Part shown: in pieces, positions 1 to 14,200 of the stretch
Numbering within the stretch: the stretch's first letter is position 1
Layout of the letters: the number at the start of each line of letters is the position of its first letter
Source: Proteromonas lacertae
Taxonomy: Eukaryota
Assembly (NCBI GenBank): GCA_002245135.1
Contig: NGBS01000600.1
Coordinates: forward strand, 62,001 to 126,000
Direction: 5' to 3'
Length of the DNA stretch: 64,000 nucleotides
The notes under the pieces: model-generated
Seen by the model: the letters and a program-made list of their open reading frames with translations, nothing else
The model's database searches: none
Told to the model about the DNA's origin: nothing
Program-made: the position numbers and the translations under genes

Positions 1-1957
1 GAAAGTGAAGAATATCCATTTATTGAGATGAAATGTAAAGACTGGAGAAATGAAGAATTAGAATCTTATTTGAATTATTGTATAAAGAAGAAGAGAAGAG
101 ATAATAGAAGATATGATTTTTCAAATTTAACACTCAATGATTCACATATGTCCTTAATAAAGCAGATGAAATATTCCGAGATTGATTTATCAAATAATGA
201 TATTAGTAGTAAAGGATTAAGAGAATTAACAAATTCTTTTACAAGACAATCAATATTTGTTTCAATCCATAACAATGAAATTGGAGATGAAGGAGTAGAA
301 ATAATATGCAAATATATTGACAAATTTGTAGAAAGAGATGAAAAAGAAAATCCCAAATCATTAAATCTATGTAGTATATATTTAATCATGAAATATAATC
401 ATATATATTTGAATAGAAATAGGAATGAGTGAGAAAGGATTAAGAATGTTAATAGAAAGATTAAGAGACTATTATCCATTGAAAGAAATAAATCTAGAAA
501 GTAATAAATTTAGTGATAAAAAATCAGAGTTTGAAAGAATAAAAAGTGATAGAAAATTAAATACAGAATATAATAAAGAAAGAATGAATATACTATTATC
601 TAATTATAGCGGAGGGGGAAATAATGGTGGAAGAAGATTAGGTGGTGGTGGAAAAATGGGAAATGGAAATGGAAATGGAGGTGATGGAAATAGAACAGCT
701 TTATTTTATACTAATTATTCACCAGCTCTTCCTTCAAGTAAATCTTTTTATTTATACAATGCTCCTCTTCAGTATAAAACATTAACAGAAATAAGTGATA
801 TGGATTTTGAAGAATTTAATATGTATTGGAGAGATAAATTTTTATATGTATTTAGATAATATGTTTAAGTTAATATAATAGGTATTATTTCCAACAATTG
901 ATCAAGATGATCCAAAATTTCCAATAGAAGATTCAATTGAATTAATAAACCAGAAAGATAAATTCATTGGATGTATAAGAAAGATATTTAATTTATTGAA
1001 GAAAGAAAATGAAGGCAGAAAAGAAAACCATTTATTTATAATCGAATTATACAAATTTATTTCAAAGAATATTAACAGTAAAGAAAAAACAAAGAACTTC
1101 TTAATTGATGATATTATATTTACATATCTAATATGTCCAACTCTAGTATTTTTATTGTTTTAATAGTATAGATAAAATCAGGATTAAACAAAAATAGTAA
1201 TGAAACAGATTTACAACTCCAATTTGAAAGAAAAAATAAAATAATGAAAATAATAAATGTTGAAAAAATAAAAAAAAATAGGAGAAATGATTTTACAATA
1301 AAAAACAGTCTGTTGTGTAAGTATTGTAATACTAATACCTGCCAATTTAGTGTTTTTGAATTGAGTGTTAAAGGTGGATATATGTTAGTGTGGAGAGATT
1401 TTTATAATAGAGATTTAAAGAGAATGAATAAATTAAATCTGGATATTTCATTTATTGTTTTAGAATCAGTAAAATTATGCAAAATTTTAATATCTTTACA
1501 AAGTAAAAGAATGATAATATACAATTTAAAAACATCTAATATAATAATTGATAATGATGGTAAACTAAAACTATGTGATTTGTTTCTTAATAATTTACGA
1601 TATTCAGATGATTTAACAATCGAAGATATCTGTTATAAAAGCCCTGAAGAATTATGCGGATATGAGTGTAATGATAAAAGCATAATTTGGATTTTAGGTT
1701 GTATATTATATGAAATATTAACCTATAAATTACCATTTAATAAAGAAGATAATATCGAAAAAACAAAAGATAATATAAGGAGATGTAGATATGAAGAAGA
1801 TTTATTAAATAATAATTTGATGAAAGAAGTAATAAGTGAAATTTTTGTTATTAAGTATGTAAATAGAATAAGTTTAGAAGATTTGAAAAATAAAATGGAG
1901 AGTATATTTGATTCTACATTAAAAATAGTTGATAATTACAATGTAGTTAATATTTGA
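1..1957 (+). CDS. Leucine-rich-repeat + C-terminal protein kinase-like (probable pseudokinase) gene, 5' end outside window; exons <1-373, 417-847, 882-1145, 1172-1957
   Basis: Frame is open from base 1. LRR motifs IDLSNNDISSKGL, IHNNEIGDEGV and INLESNKF. Kinase subdomains IIYNLKTSNIII, LKLCDLF, YKSPEE and IWILGCILYEILTYKLPF. Removing three GT-AG introns joins ORFs 28-432, 425-859 and 1244-1957 in frame without stops. Confidence 0.8.
374..416 (+). other. Spliceosomal intron, 43 nt (GTATAT...GAATAG)
   Basis: Removal joins LNLC-K-IGMSEKG in frame; AT-rich with GT/AG ends. Confidence 0.75.
848..881 (+). other. Spliceosomal intron, 34 nt (GTATTT...TAATAG)
   Basis: Removal bypasses the stop at 857-859 and continues into an open exon 882-1145. 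Confidence 0.8.
1146..1171 (+). other. Spliceosomal intron, 26 nt (GTATTT...GTATAG)
   Basis: Removal joins exon 882-1145 to the frame of the kinase ORF 1244-1957. Confidence 0.75.
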
Positions 1958-2210
1958 ATAAGATATTGTTTATTATTGTATTTTTTCTTAAGAAATTTTA
2001 ACATTTATTCAAGCATAATCAAGCCAAGCCAAGCCCAACGTCTTTGAAGTTTCTTATTGCATTTAAGTATGTATAGAATTATATTACCACTTAGCTATAT
2101 ACTTCTTATCTATATTATTATGCTCTACTTTTCAATTTTACTATATAAATCTGTTTTTATTAAATCTCTCCTTTGTTTTTGTATTTATATATATATATAT
2201 ATAATAGGAA

Positions 2211-5200
2211 ATGGCTTTAAAAAGTATAATCTACTTATACTTGTTGAGTTTGATATTTTGTTGTAGCAGCTGTTACGATGTAGGTGATTTGAGAAGTGAA
2301 AGTACTGGCAGTGAAATAATTAGTACTTACTACAGCGATGAGTATGAAGGAGGAGAAATTATTAGTCATACTGTTGAGTTGTTTGATAATGAGGAAAACA
2401 CTGAGATAAGACTATTCAGTTTATTAAACGGAATGAACAGTAGTATTATAGAGGTGCAGTCGTATATTGAAGATGCTAAGAATGAAATCAACACAATTAT
2501 TCTTTATTGCGATAATGGAGGAACTACAGAAATGGGAGGTAGTTATGTTATTAAATATGGGAATATTCGTTCAGGACCAATCCCATATAATGCAAGTGGT
2601 GAGTATGTTGCTGAAATTTTGAAATCATTGAAGTTAGATGACTATGAAAACGTAACAGTGACAAATGACAATGTTACAATAACTATAGAGATAGAATATA
2701 AACTATCAAATGACAAAATCATAAAGAACAGAAAACCAATGTTAGAAGTAGAAAATGGTTTGAAAGAAGGTTGTTATATTAGTTATTGTAAGAATAGATT
2801 TACTTTAGAAAAATGTAAAGATACTAATTCAAGAGAAGGCTCTATGATAATTGGTGGTTATACAATAAAAAATGAAGAATTTCCAAGTAAAAACAATGAA
2901 ACAATAATTAGAGAAAAGTTTGAAAAATTAGGATATGGAGTTCAAAGAATAGAATTATTACCTTCACCATTTGAAGGTCCAAATTATAGAATCTATTTAA
3001 ATAACAGTAATATTGATGATATATCAATAAGAACAGATAGTTTGAAAGTTGATGATGAAAATCCATCAACATCAAAATTAGTAGTTAATTCTGATATTTC
3101 TGGTATGAAAAGTATTGAGAATGTTATAGCAATGAGTGGTACATTTAGTATTCAATACAAGAATGAAAGAACTTTGCCGATTTTATATAATATTGATGAA
3201 AAAGGTTTAGAAATATTATTGAATGGAATATCAAATATCAATGAATGTATAGTTAAAGAAAGAAAATGCAATAATGTTACAAATACATGCAGTTGGTTAA
3301 TTGAGTTTATTAATCCAATAAATGTTACTGAATTATCTGTAGACGGAAGTGAATTGAAAGGTAGTGGTGCAAATATTACTTTTGAAGTATTAAATACAAC
3401 ATCATCTACAGATGAAATTGAAGTTGATGATATTTTATATACATCCACTTTATACACAAATGAAACAATTCATGTTTTTAAGAACTTGGAAGAGAATAAA
3501 AGATATTGCATTAGAGGTTATGTTACTTATGCAAATGGTAGTAAAAGTGATTATTTTACATCAATACCTCCATCAATAATGACAAAGAAATTACCTCCTC
3601 AATCTCCATCTAATATTCATTATGATTATTTAGGAAATAATTCAATTAGAATAACATTCAATTCTCCAGAATATCAAAGTGGTTATGAAGTAGAGATGTT
3701 TAAAATAGAATATTCTGATAAACCATTCATCCCTCAAGTTCAAAGAATTACTTTAAATTATACAAAAGATAATAATACTATTAATGATTATAATGATGAA
3801 AAGAACAGTTTTGTATTGATTTATGATAATGATGAAAGAACTGAACCGTTATTTAGAAATATTAGTGGTTATGAGTTAGAGAATAGAATTAAATTATTAG
3901 ATACAATTGGAGATGTTTCTGTTAAAAGATTTGATTATAATAATAATGAAACTACGATAGTTGTATGGGAAATTACTTTTTTAAACTGTAGAACAAATCG
4001 AAATGATGAAATTGTATGTAATTATAATAGTGAAGAAGAAGAAGAAGAAGAAAATGATGATCCTAAATATTTCACAGTTGAATCTGTAGGATTGGATATT
4101 GATATTGAATTAGTATCAAATTATACAAATAATAAGATTGAAAGTATATTAATTCCAGTAAAAACAAAAACAGAAGATATAAATAGTAGAAAATTACAAG
4201 AAGGTGAAAATGAAAATGATAATAATAAAGAAATTGATTATACATATGATTTAAAGTTAAATTATGGAATTAATTACACTATTAATATAATCAGTCTAAG
4301 TGATTGTGATAGTAAAAATAACTGTAATATTTCCAGTAATGCATTTACATTTGTAGTTGAAGGTTTAGATTATCCATCAAGCCCAGTCAAGTTATATTTA
4401 GATAGTAAAAGTGAAGATGAAATATCATTTCATTGGTTACCTCCTTATGATAATCATAAATCCAAAATAAATGGTTATGAAATACAAATGAGTGATTATA
4501 TGGGTAATAATTGGCAAAGTGTTTATAATGGAAATGGTTTACCTGATGTGTTAAACTGTACAATCACAAGAGAACAAACTAATTGGATTAACGGTAAAGA
4601 ATATTATTTCAGAATAAGATCGATGGTGAGTAAATTAAAAGGTAAAACATTTAGTCAAGCACAAAGATTCTTAATGTCAAATCCAACTGTTCCTGATAAA
4701 TTAGATCACTCTCCAGTCATTATTAGCACAGATGTTGATAATCAATTAATAACAATAAAGTGGTACAAACCTTGCAATAATGGAGGTAGTAGAATTACAA
4801 AATATAAAATTATTATCTCAAGTAATGAAACTGATATTGAATATTTTAATGTTTTGGATGATAATATTGAAGGAGTGTATTATTATAATATTACTGAATT
4901 GAATGTGAATATGCAATACCAAATATCAGTTACTGCAATTAATGCAATTGGAGAAGGATTAAGAAGTCCAAAAGTATCTGTTCATTTAAGTACAATTCCT
5001 GAAGAACCAGTTGATGTTGATTATATATCAATTTACAGTGATAGTCTTACAATTGAATGGAAAGATAGAAACTTTGAGAATGAAAATCCAGTGATTGGTT
5101 ATAATGTCTATTTAATATCAAATCCAATTTCTAATTACTTAATTGAAGATAATAATGAAAATAATAATAACTATAATTCAACAGTTATTGAATTAAGTAT

Positions 5201-8200
5201 TATTAATGCTGAAAGTGGTAATTTCGTTGTAAGTTTTGGTAATATTTACAGTGACAATATTCCATTTGATACAACTGAAGAAATGTTGGAAAGAAAAATA
5301 TTAGAAATGTCTGATAATGTTTTAAGAGTAAAAGTAACTAAGAATATAAAGAGAAGTAATGAAAATTCATTTTTAATTACATTTATACAACCATTAGGTG
5401 ATATTACAAATTTTAAATGTCATTCAGGAAGATTAAATCCATTTACAGCAGAAGTAAACTGTGAAACTATACAAAATGGAAGCAATATTACATTAATCCA
5501 TCATGATACTGTTTATCCACATTCTACAACATTTACATTTAAAGATATTGAAGATAATCATCCATATGCATTTATTGTTACTTCAATTAACAGAAGAGGG
5601 GAAAGTTACCCATCCAAATCAACAATTACTGTTTATACTGATAATAGAAGTGATAATAAATACACTTATGCAGTTGGTAAGTCAATTAAAGAAGGATTAA
5701 GTGGAGTAATTCATGAAGAACAATTAGTGTATTTACCTATTACAAATATATCAATTAATGCTGGTAATAATGAAAGTGAAATAATCGACTTAAATGATAT
5801 TGAAGATAATGAAGAAATAGAATCAATAATAAGTAGTTTGAAATTGCCAAATAATGATGTTGTTGGTAGTGTTAAAATAACATTATCAAATGTAGTAATG
5901 AATGATAATAATAAAGAAACCACATTAAAAATGAATATATTATTTTTAAGAGGTAATGATTATCCAGAATTACGATTTACATTATATAATAATGAAGGAG
6001 AAATAGAAAATGTATTATTTGCTTCAGAAATAACAAAAGGAATGACAAATGAATTTACCATCATTCCAAGAACAGCTACAAACAATTATATTGGTAATGA
6101 ATTATATCCAAATAGTTTACAAGGAAAAGAGATATTTTACACTGAAATCCATGATGTTGAAACTGATGAATGGATTGAAGATGGATTTATTAGTGATTAT
6201 AACCCAATGATCTATAATACTTTACAATATAATTTCAAGAATAATAGTGATGATAAGAATGACATAAGTATTGAATATAATAAAAAGATTTATCAATTCA
6301 ATATTAATGACGATATGAATATGGTTAGTTACAAGTTGAAAGAATTTATTCAAGATAGTCAAACCATAATCAAATATTCTGATTTTATATTGACAATTAG
6401 TATTACATATTCTCCTTTTTTAAAGACAATTGATGTGAAGTATAATAATGAAGTGATAGAACCATTAGAATTAGGATCAACTCAGAATATTCAACAGATA
6501 AGAACAAGTTTTGGTAATATTGAGGAAAGAGATGGTTCATTCATAATAAAAATGGAAAATCAAATAATATTTGATCCACTTTCTTGGGATATTTCAGCTG
6601 AAGAATTAGCTGAAGAAATAATGAAATTTGATTTAATCAAAAATATTAATGTGACTGTAACAAAAGAAACAAGTGGAAGTGGAAATCTTTATATTATTAA
6701 ATTTAACAATATATATGGTTATATAAGTCCAATTGAAGTATTACATTACAATTATACTCATATTATATTCTCATCAAATGGTGGACAACCAACAAATGTT
6801 AAAGGTTATATTCAATTTAAATATCAGAATGAAACAACTAGATTTATACCAACTTGGTCAAGTGAAAAAGAGGTTAAACAAGCAATTGAAGAATTACCAT
6901 CCATCAACAGAGTAGAAATTGAAATTGAATCAACAAACACAAGTCAAATTATTTATCATATTCATATTGTTGATCCTTATATTATAAATGAAGATAATTT
7001 CACTTTAAATGAAAAATATGTAATTGGAACAAAAGAGTTAAATAATGAAAAGTATTTTGATAAAGAAATTATTCCACATCACGAATTATCATTGAAAGGA
7101 GATGGAAATGTTATTTCAAATGTTCTAGTAGAAGGTAAACCAAGTTATACTGGAAAATATACTGTTTCAAAACTAGGAAATTACAAATTGTATGTAACTC
7201 AACCAAGAAGTGGTTTAACTGCTTATTATTATGAAAATTTATATTTCAAAGGTAATCCTTCTATTAAACGAATTGATAGTAGAATTGATTTTAATTGGAA
7301 TAATAAAAGAATCAGTGAATTAGGAGATAAATATGTTTCTGTTAAATGGAATGGTAAATTAAAACCAATTTATAGTGGTAATTATAGAATATATCTCAGT
7401 TCAGTTGATAGTTCTAGAATCTATATAAATCATATTTTATTCTTAGATAATTGGAATAATTATAATAATGAAAGAGAAATATATAATAATATCAATTTAA
7501 AAGCAGGAGTATATTATGATATAGAAGTAGACTATAAATATATGAATAACAAAAACAGTAATAATGCCAAAATACAATTATATTGGAGTAGTTATTTAAT
7601 TAACAAAGAAATCATTCCATCAACAGTATTTTACCACTTAGAACATATCAAAAATTCACCTTATAAAATTACAGTCAAACCTGGGTTTGGTGAATTTAAA
7701 TACTCAACAGTAATTGGTGGAAATGGTGTTAGTAATTGTCAAGTTGGAATTGAAAGATATGTATTATTACAAATTAAAGATAATTATGATAATAATTTAG
7801 ATAAAAGTATTGAAAATTTAAGGGTTATAATGAGAAATGATGAAAATGAATATTATCCAATTCCAATATATGTTGGTAATGGTTTATATAACATCAGTTA
7901 TGTAGTTGAAAAATCAGGCGTATATAAAATGTCTATTTTAATTAATGGAATTAATATAGAATGTGGTTTATCAAATGATTATAAGTGTAGTCCATTGACA
8001 ATTATAGCTGATTCTGGTCCAATATCAATTCACAATACTTTAATTAGAAGGTGTAAATGTTAGTACAACAGCTAAACCTTTATATTATTATATAAATCCA
8101 AGAGATAGTTATAATAACACAATAACTAGAAGTAATGAAGTATTAATAGGTTTTGTAGAGTATAGAAAATATGAAAATGATGAAGAAAGAGAAAAGAATG

Positions 8201-11200
8201 AAATAATGATTAGTTATTATAAAGATGATAAATATCAATTCGTTTTTACACCAATGAAAGAAGGTATTTACAATTTAGTTGTTTTATATAATAATACTCA
8301 AATTGATGCATTTAAAAATAAGAATATTTATATCAATCCATCATCAATCTCTTTGATTGATACAATTATAGATGAAGAAATGACTGAAAAAACAATAACT
8401 AGAGGTGATATGCATGAAATAGTAGTTATTTCTAAAGACAAATATCATAATGTGAGAAGATGTGTTAGTGAAGAATATGGAAATGAAACAAATGATGATT
8501 TTGTTGATATAATGATAATGAAAATAAATGGAAAAGAAGAAAGTTCAAGTATATCTTATACTGTAACATTTGAAGATGAAAATGTGAATGATTTCGATTT
8601 AGTATTTGATGGTAATGTAGTTGATAAATTATACAAAGGAATGAAAGCAAAACATATGGAATTTTTACTTAGTAAAATTCATCCTGTTCATTGTTTCTAT
8701 AATGATAGTAAATATTATATTACACTTTATCAAGATTTAAGCTATTGGAATAAAGATATTATTACTACAAACACTGAGAATGTGACTGTCAATATTACTT
8801 ATTATCATACTGGGTATTATCATTTCTATTATGAAACTTATTCAAATGAAAATAGTATTGATTTTGAGATTCTTTACAACAATCAATCGATAAATCAACA
8901 ATTCAATGTAATTAATGTTACTACAGGTAAAGAAGATATAGAAAGTGCAAGATTAGAGATGAATGGTGATGTTATAAATGTAGTATCACATTTAACAATA
9001 CAATCAACAGACAAAACACAAAATCCAGAAGCTGTGTTATATGTCAGTGAGAGTAAAAATAGACAATTAGAAAATAATGAACCAGTTCGTTATAAACATT
9101 CAATTAGAGCTTATGAATGTGATGGTATTAATGTAAATACAATAATAACATTCACATTATACAATAGATCAGCCAGTTTTAAACCAACAACTCCAATTGA
9201 AGAAGTATCTTCAGAATTAACAAGACTATTTGGTAAAGTGGTAGTAAATTCAACAGGAAATGGAACATTATGTTCAATTTTCTATGTTACAACTCCTGAA
9301 GCTACAACAACAGTCGAAGATATAATAACAACCAATGATGATGAAGAGGATATGACAGGTACTGATGATTATAATTCAACTGATTCTGACGATTATGATG
9401 ATTTTAACTCCACAGAAACTGATGAAGATTTAACAGCAACAGGTGAAGATGATAATGATGAAAGTTTGACTGGTACTGATGGAGAAAAAAGAAGAGCAAA
9501 ATTAACAGAAAGAAGAAAATTGTTTAGTACAATTCCAAATGGTGAAGAAGATAATAGCAGAGGAGTAGAAGGTTCATTCCAATTGGAATTCTATTCAGTA
9601 ACTGATTTAACTGGTTTAGAAGTTGATCCAAATCTTAAAATAATCTTCAGTCAAGATAGTGATTGTCCTTATAAAGGTTTTTATACTTTGGAGTTTAATG
9701 AAACATCCACTGATTATATCTATCCATTATCATCAGCAGAAGAAATTGAGTATAAAATGAATGATGGATTTAAAGATTATGGTGTATATATAGTTTCACA
9801 ACCATTAATGAAATATATTGATCCATATTATGTGATTGAACAAAAAGTATATACACCAACAGTGAAGGCAATAACAAACACATTTATGAATATGACAATA
9901 AATGATGAAAACATGATTTATCCAAATGATGAAGAGTATAAATTAGAATCAACAGTTGATTATAATGGTGTTCAACAGAATGTAATGAATAGTTATTACA
10001 ATATTTCATTATTTGAAGTTTTATTCAGTTATAACTAATATTGACAATCGATTTATTGGTCAAAAACAAGTGTATGAGTTTAAATGTAATGCAACAAGAG
10101 GTCATTTGATTTTAATGGGAATTAATGGAAGACATTCATTAGTTGATTCAAAATTGACAGTTATTGAGTTGATAAAAATGATCAAAGATAATTATAATTT
10201 TACATTTACATTAGAGAATGAAGATATTAATGTTAATACACAGCAAATATGTAGTGGTGAATGTAAATATTAGATTAGTTGATTCAATTGATTTTAATCC
10301 AAAAATACAGTTGATAAAATCAAAGAATTTTGTTGGTGAAATAACTGAAGTTGAAATAGTTGATAATACAATTGATATAAAATACATGAATAATGGATTA
10401 TACGATATAAGTTTTAGTTCAAGAAATTTTGGTGATATAATCCCTACTATATATTATAATGAAACTAAACTCAATTATAATCTACAATATCCATTGACTG
10501 TTGATAAATATTCAAATGTGATTGATGTTAATAGAGTATATCATTATTTACCAACATATGGAATAAATGGTGAAGAAGTAGAAACATTAATCGATTTAAA
10601 TATAAGAAGATACTTTGAGAATAATGAAGATTTTACTATTAATTTCATTAATAATGATAATAGCAATGAAAATTATAATTTGACTTATGATATTAAACCA
10701 GTTGAAGAAGGTGAATATCAATTATCATTTATACCAACAAAATCAGGAAATATGAAAGTTGAAATAAAAGTAAAAACTAATGGTGGTTTATTAGCTTCTT
10801 ATTATCTTCACACTAATTTCAATGAATTATATACTGGAGATTATAATCATTGTCTTCATGGTTATAATAATTGTAATAGTACAAGAGTTGACAATGAAAT
10901 TAACTTCTATTGGAATGAGAATAATGAAAGTCCATTTTATAACTATCCATTTGATTATTTCAGTATGAGATGGAATGGTTATATATTAATTCCAAATGAT
11001 GGTAGTTTTACATTTTATTTAACAAGTGATGGTAATGTTAGTTTAATAATGAATGGAAATGAAATAATCAAATCAATTGAAGATGATCAACAGAATATTC
11101 ATCAATCTAATAGAATAGAGTTAGCTAAAGGATTATATCCAATTGAAATTAGTTATATTTCATTAACTGGTGATTCTTATATTAAATTAGAATGGGAAAA

Positions 11201-14200
11201 TGATGAAATAGAAAGAAGTGTTGTTAATTCAACTTATTTATATTATGAAAGAAATATTAATAGTAGTCCATACATAATGGAGATATATCCTGGTGAAATA
11301 TCATCTAAAACATCAACAATTGAAGTTTTACAAAATACAACTAACAATTTAACTTTAATTCTAACATCAAGAGATAATAGTGGAAATGTATTGTATAACA
11401 ATGGAAATAGTAATTTCAATATGGAAATGATTGGTATTGGAGATTGGGCAGTTAATGGAAAAGTTGGTCCATTTTACACTAATGAAGTTCATATAGTAAC
11501 TAATTGTATAAAACAACCTCTTGACTGGGAAATAATTTGTGAAGATTGTGGTGAAATAGTACGTGAATATGATGAATATAATAACTCTCAATATTATGTA
11601 GAATTAACTGATTTAGAAACAAGAATTCAAATACATCATAATGACAAATTATTAGTTGGTGAAACAATAGTAGAAGTTGATTTAATTGATGAAATAGAAT
11701 TAGATAGAATCCCAATAAAGCATTACATTGGTAATCAAACTGAATCATTATCATTGACAGTAGTTAGAATTGGTGAAAATACAGGAAAGTATTTAGTCAA
11801 ATGTATTCCAGAAATAAGAGGTGAATATAACTTTATACTTGAAACAAATAGTGTAAAAAATGAATATCCAGTAATGATATATCCAGTAACAAATGTTAAT
11901 TACTGTAGTGTAATAATTAATAGCGAAATTATATCTGGAGAAGAAAGTGAATTTTATATTCAAAGTCGAGATGAGTTTTATAACAATCAAATGAGAGATA
12001 TTGATGAATATGAAGTAGTATTAATCCAATGAAAATAATAGAGATATTACTATAAATACAACTGTTAGTTATATGTTTGATGGCTTGTACAATGTTAGTT
12101 TTATTCCAGTTGTTTCAGGAATATATGAAATTAAAGCAGTTGTGAATGGTATGAATATCCAATTTGATAATAAAAAGATTACTGTTTTAGCAAATATTGT
12201 AGATGGTTCAAAATGCACAGCTGTAGATGATGAAATAACTCATGGCTTGACAGGTTCAAACTATTCAACAGTAGGTAATTATACAATAGAATTGAGAGAT
12301 TTGAATAGTAATTTGATTGAACCAAAATATAGATATGAAATACAAACTATTAAAGTTCCAAAAACTTCCAATAATAAATGTCGTTATTCAATAAACTATA
12401 AGAATAATTCAACCTTCCCAATCTTATGTAGTGCAACAGAAGAAGAAATGCAAAATGAATTAAACACTTACAAAATGTTTGGAAATATAAAAGTCAATTT
12501 ATATGATGATGATGATAATAATGAATATAAATATTATTCCATTACATTCTTAAGTGAAGAAGGACCTTTACCATCATTATTAATTGAAAGTAAAAATAAA
12601 GATATAAATGTAATATCTTGTAAAGAGAATGAATATCAACAAATCAATTTCACTATTAATTCTGATAAACCATATTATTTATATTATACTAATCATCATA
12701 CTGAAGCTATTTATCCAAATTCAACAAGTGAAGAAATTGAGGAACAAATCTTGAAATCATTCAAAGAGATTCATACAGTCGAAGTAATGAATATTTCCTC
12801 ATCTTCTTATATAATTTATCTAATTGCAATTGATAATGAAGAGAATAAATATAATAATTTCAAGAGATTCTATCCAAATACATATGAAAAAGATGATATA
12901 ATAATAAACACAGTTGTTTGTCCTGAATATTCTCAATTTGGTATTTATTCTGAGAAATTCTATTCACAATTATCAACACCCAATAATCTGTGGATTACAT
13001 GTAATCAAGAAGTGTATAGTGATGTAATTTGTCCTTATAAAACACCCAGAGTTGATAACTATACACTTTCAAACTATTATTTGACTCGAGGAGGTTTGAA
13101 TGGAACTTATCATGCAAGTAGATGGTTGACTGGTACAACTTTAGGAAGTAGAATTGATAATGAAATTAACTTCAATTGGCCTGATGTTATATTTGAAGAT
13201 GAAAGAGATATAGTTTCAATTAAATGGGTTGGATTTATTGAAGCAGTTTATACTGAAGAGTATGCAATAACATGTAGATTTAATGATGGTTGTAAAATCA
13301 CATTAAATGGAGTTGTATTAGTGGATAAATTCAATAGTAATGTAAATGATAATGAAATATTAGAATATAGTGGAAGAATGCAATTTAACAAGTAAAACAA
13401 TTTATCCAATAGAAATTGAATATAGAGATGGTATGGGAAGTGCAATAATTGAGTTATTATGGGAAAGTAAAAGTCAAAGTAAAAGTGTTATTCCATCTGA
13501 TCGATTATTCTATAGAAATGAATTAATAGAAAATTCTCCATCATTTAATATTCCCGTTGGAATCTTACCAGAATCTGTAGTTGATGCAAAAGTGGCAGTT
13601 ATTAATGCAACTGGTTTAGAAGTTAGTTGGAAAATGCCAAATGATGATGGAGGATTACCAATTCAATATTATACAATAAAATGGAATTATTTAAATGAAA
13701 GTAGAGAAGTTAAATATTATCCAAATATTGATAACAATAATTCAACAGAATATTCATATAAAGTTGGTAATTTAAAGACAGGAGTTGAAACATTCTTTGA
13801 AATTTCAGCACATAATGAAATTGGTGATGGTCCAATCTGTAGTATAATTCCATGTACAAATTCATTAGAAACAAAAACATTAAGTGGAATTCCAGAAGAA
13901 CAACCATCTGAAATCACTTATTTAAGAGTTTATAATATTGAAAACAGTGATAATTCATTAAGAATCTATTACAATCAACCACGAGAATGGAATACAGTAA
14001 ATGATGAAACTCATTTAGGTTATAGAATAGAATGGTCAATTAATGAGTATTTCAATGAATCTTTACTAGTTGGTAATTTTGAAATTCATGATTCAACTAT
14101 AATGACATATGATATAATCAACTTAGTGGCTGGAAATTCTTATTATATTAGAGTTGCAGGCTTGAATAGGCTTGGTTTAGGTCCATTTACAATGACTCAA

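Noticed and set aside
1318..1352. GTAAGT...ACTAAT...TTTAG intron-like sequence in the kinase ORF
   Set aside because: Splicing it causes an immediate stop, while the unspliced frame stays open through the kinase domain.
2010..2036. CAAGC short repeats upstream of the giant gene
   Set aside because: Could be a promoter element but occurs once; no support.
8051..8063. 13-nt GTGTAAATGTTAG as a micro-intron fixing the first frame break
   Set aside because: Much shorter than the supported introns (24-43 nt) and it would delete EGVNV, which fits the filamin-like repeat. A one-base fix is simpler.
9982..10018. 37-nt GTAATG...TTGAAG candidate intron at the second frame break
   Set aside because: It restores frame and cannot be excluded, but it ends in AAG unlike the TAG ends of supported introns, and the other junctions need no intron. 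Left unannotated.
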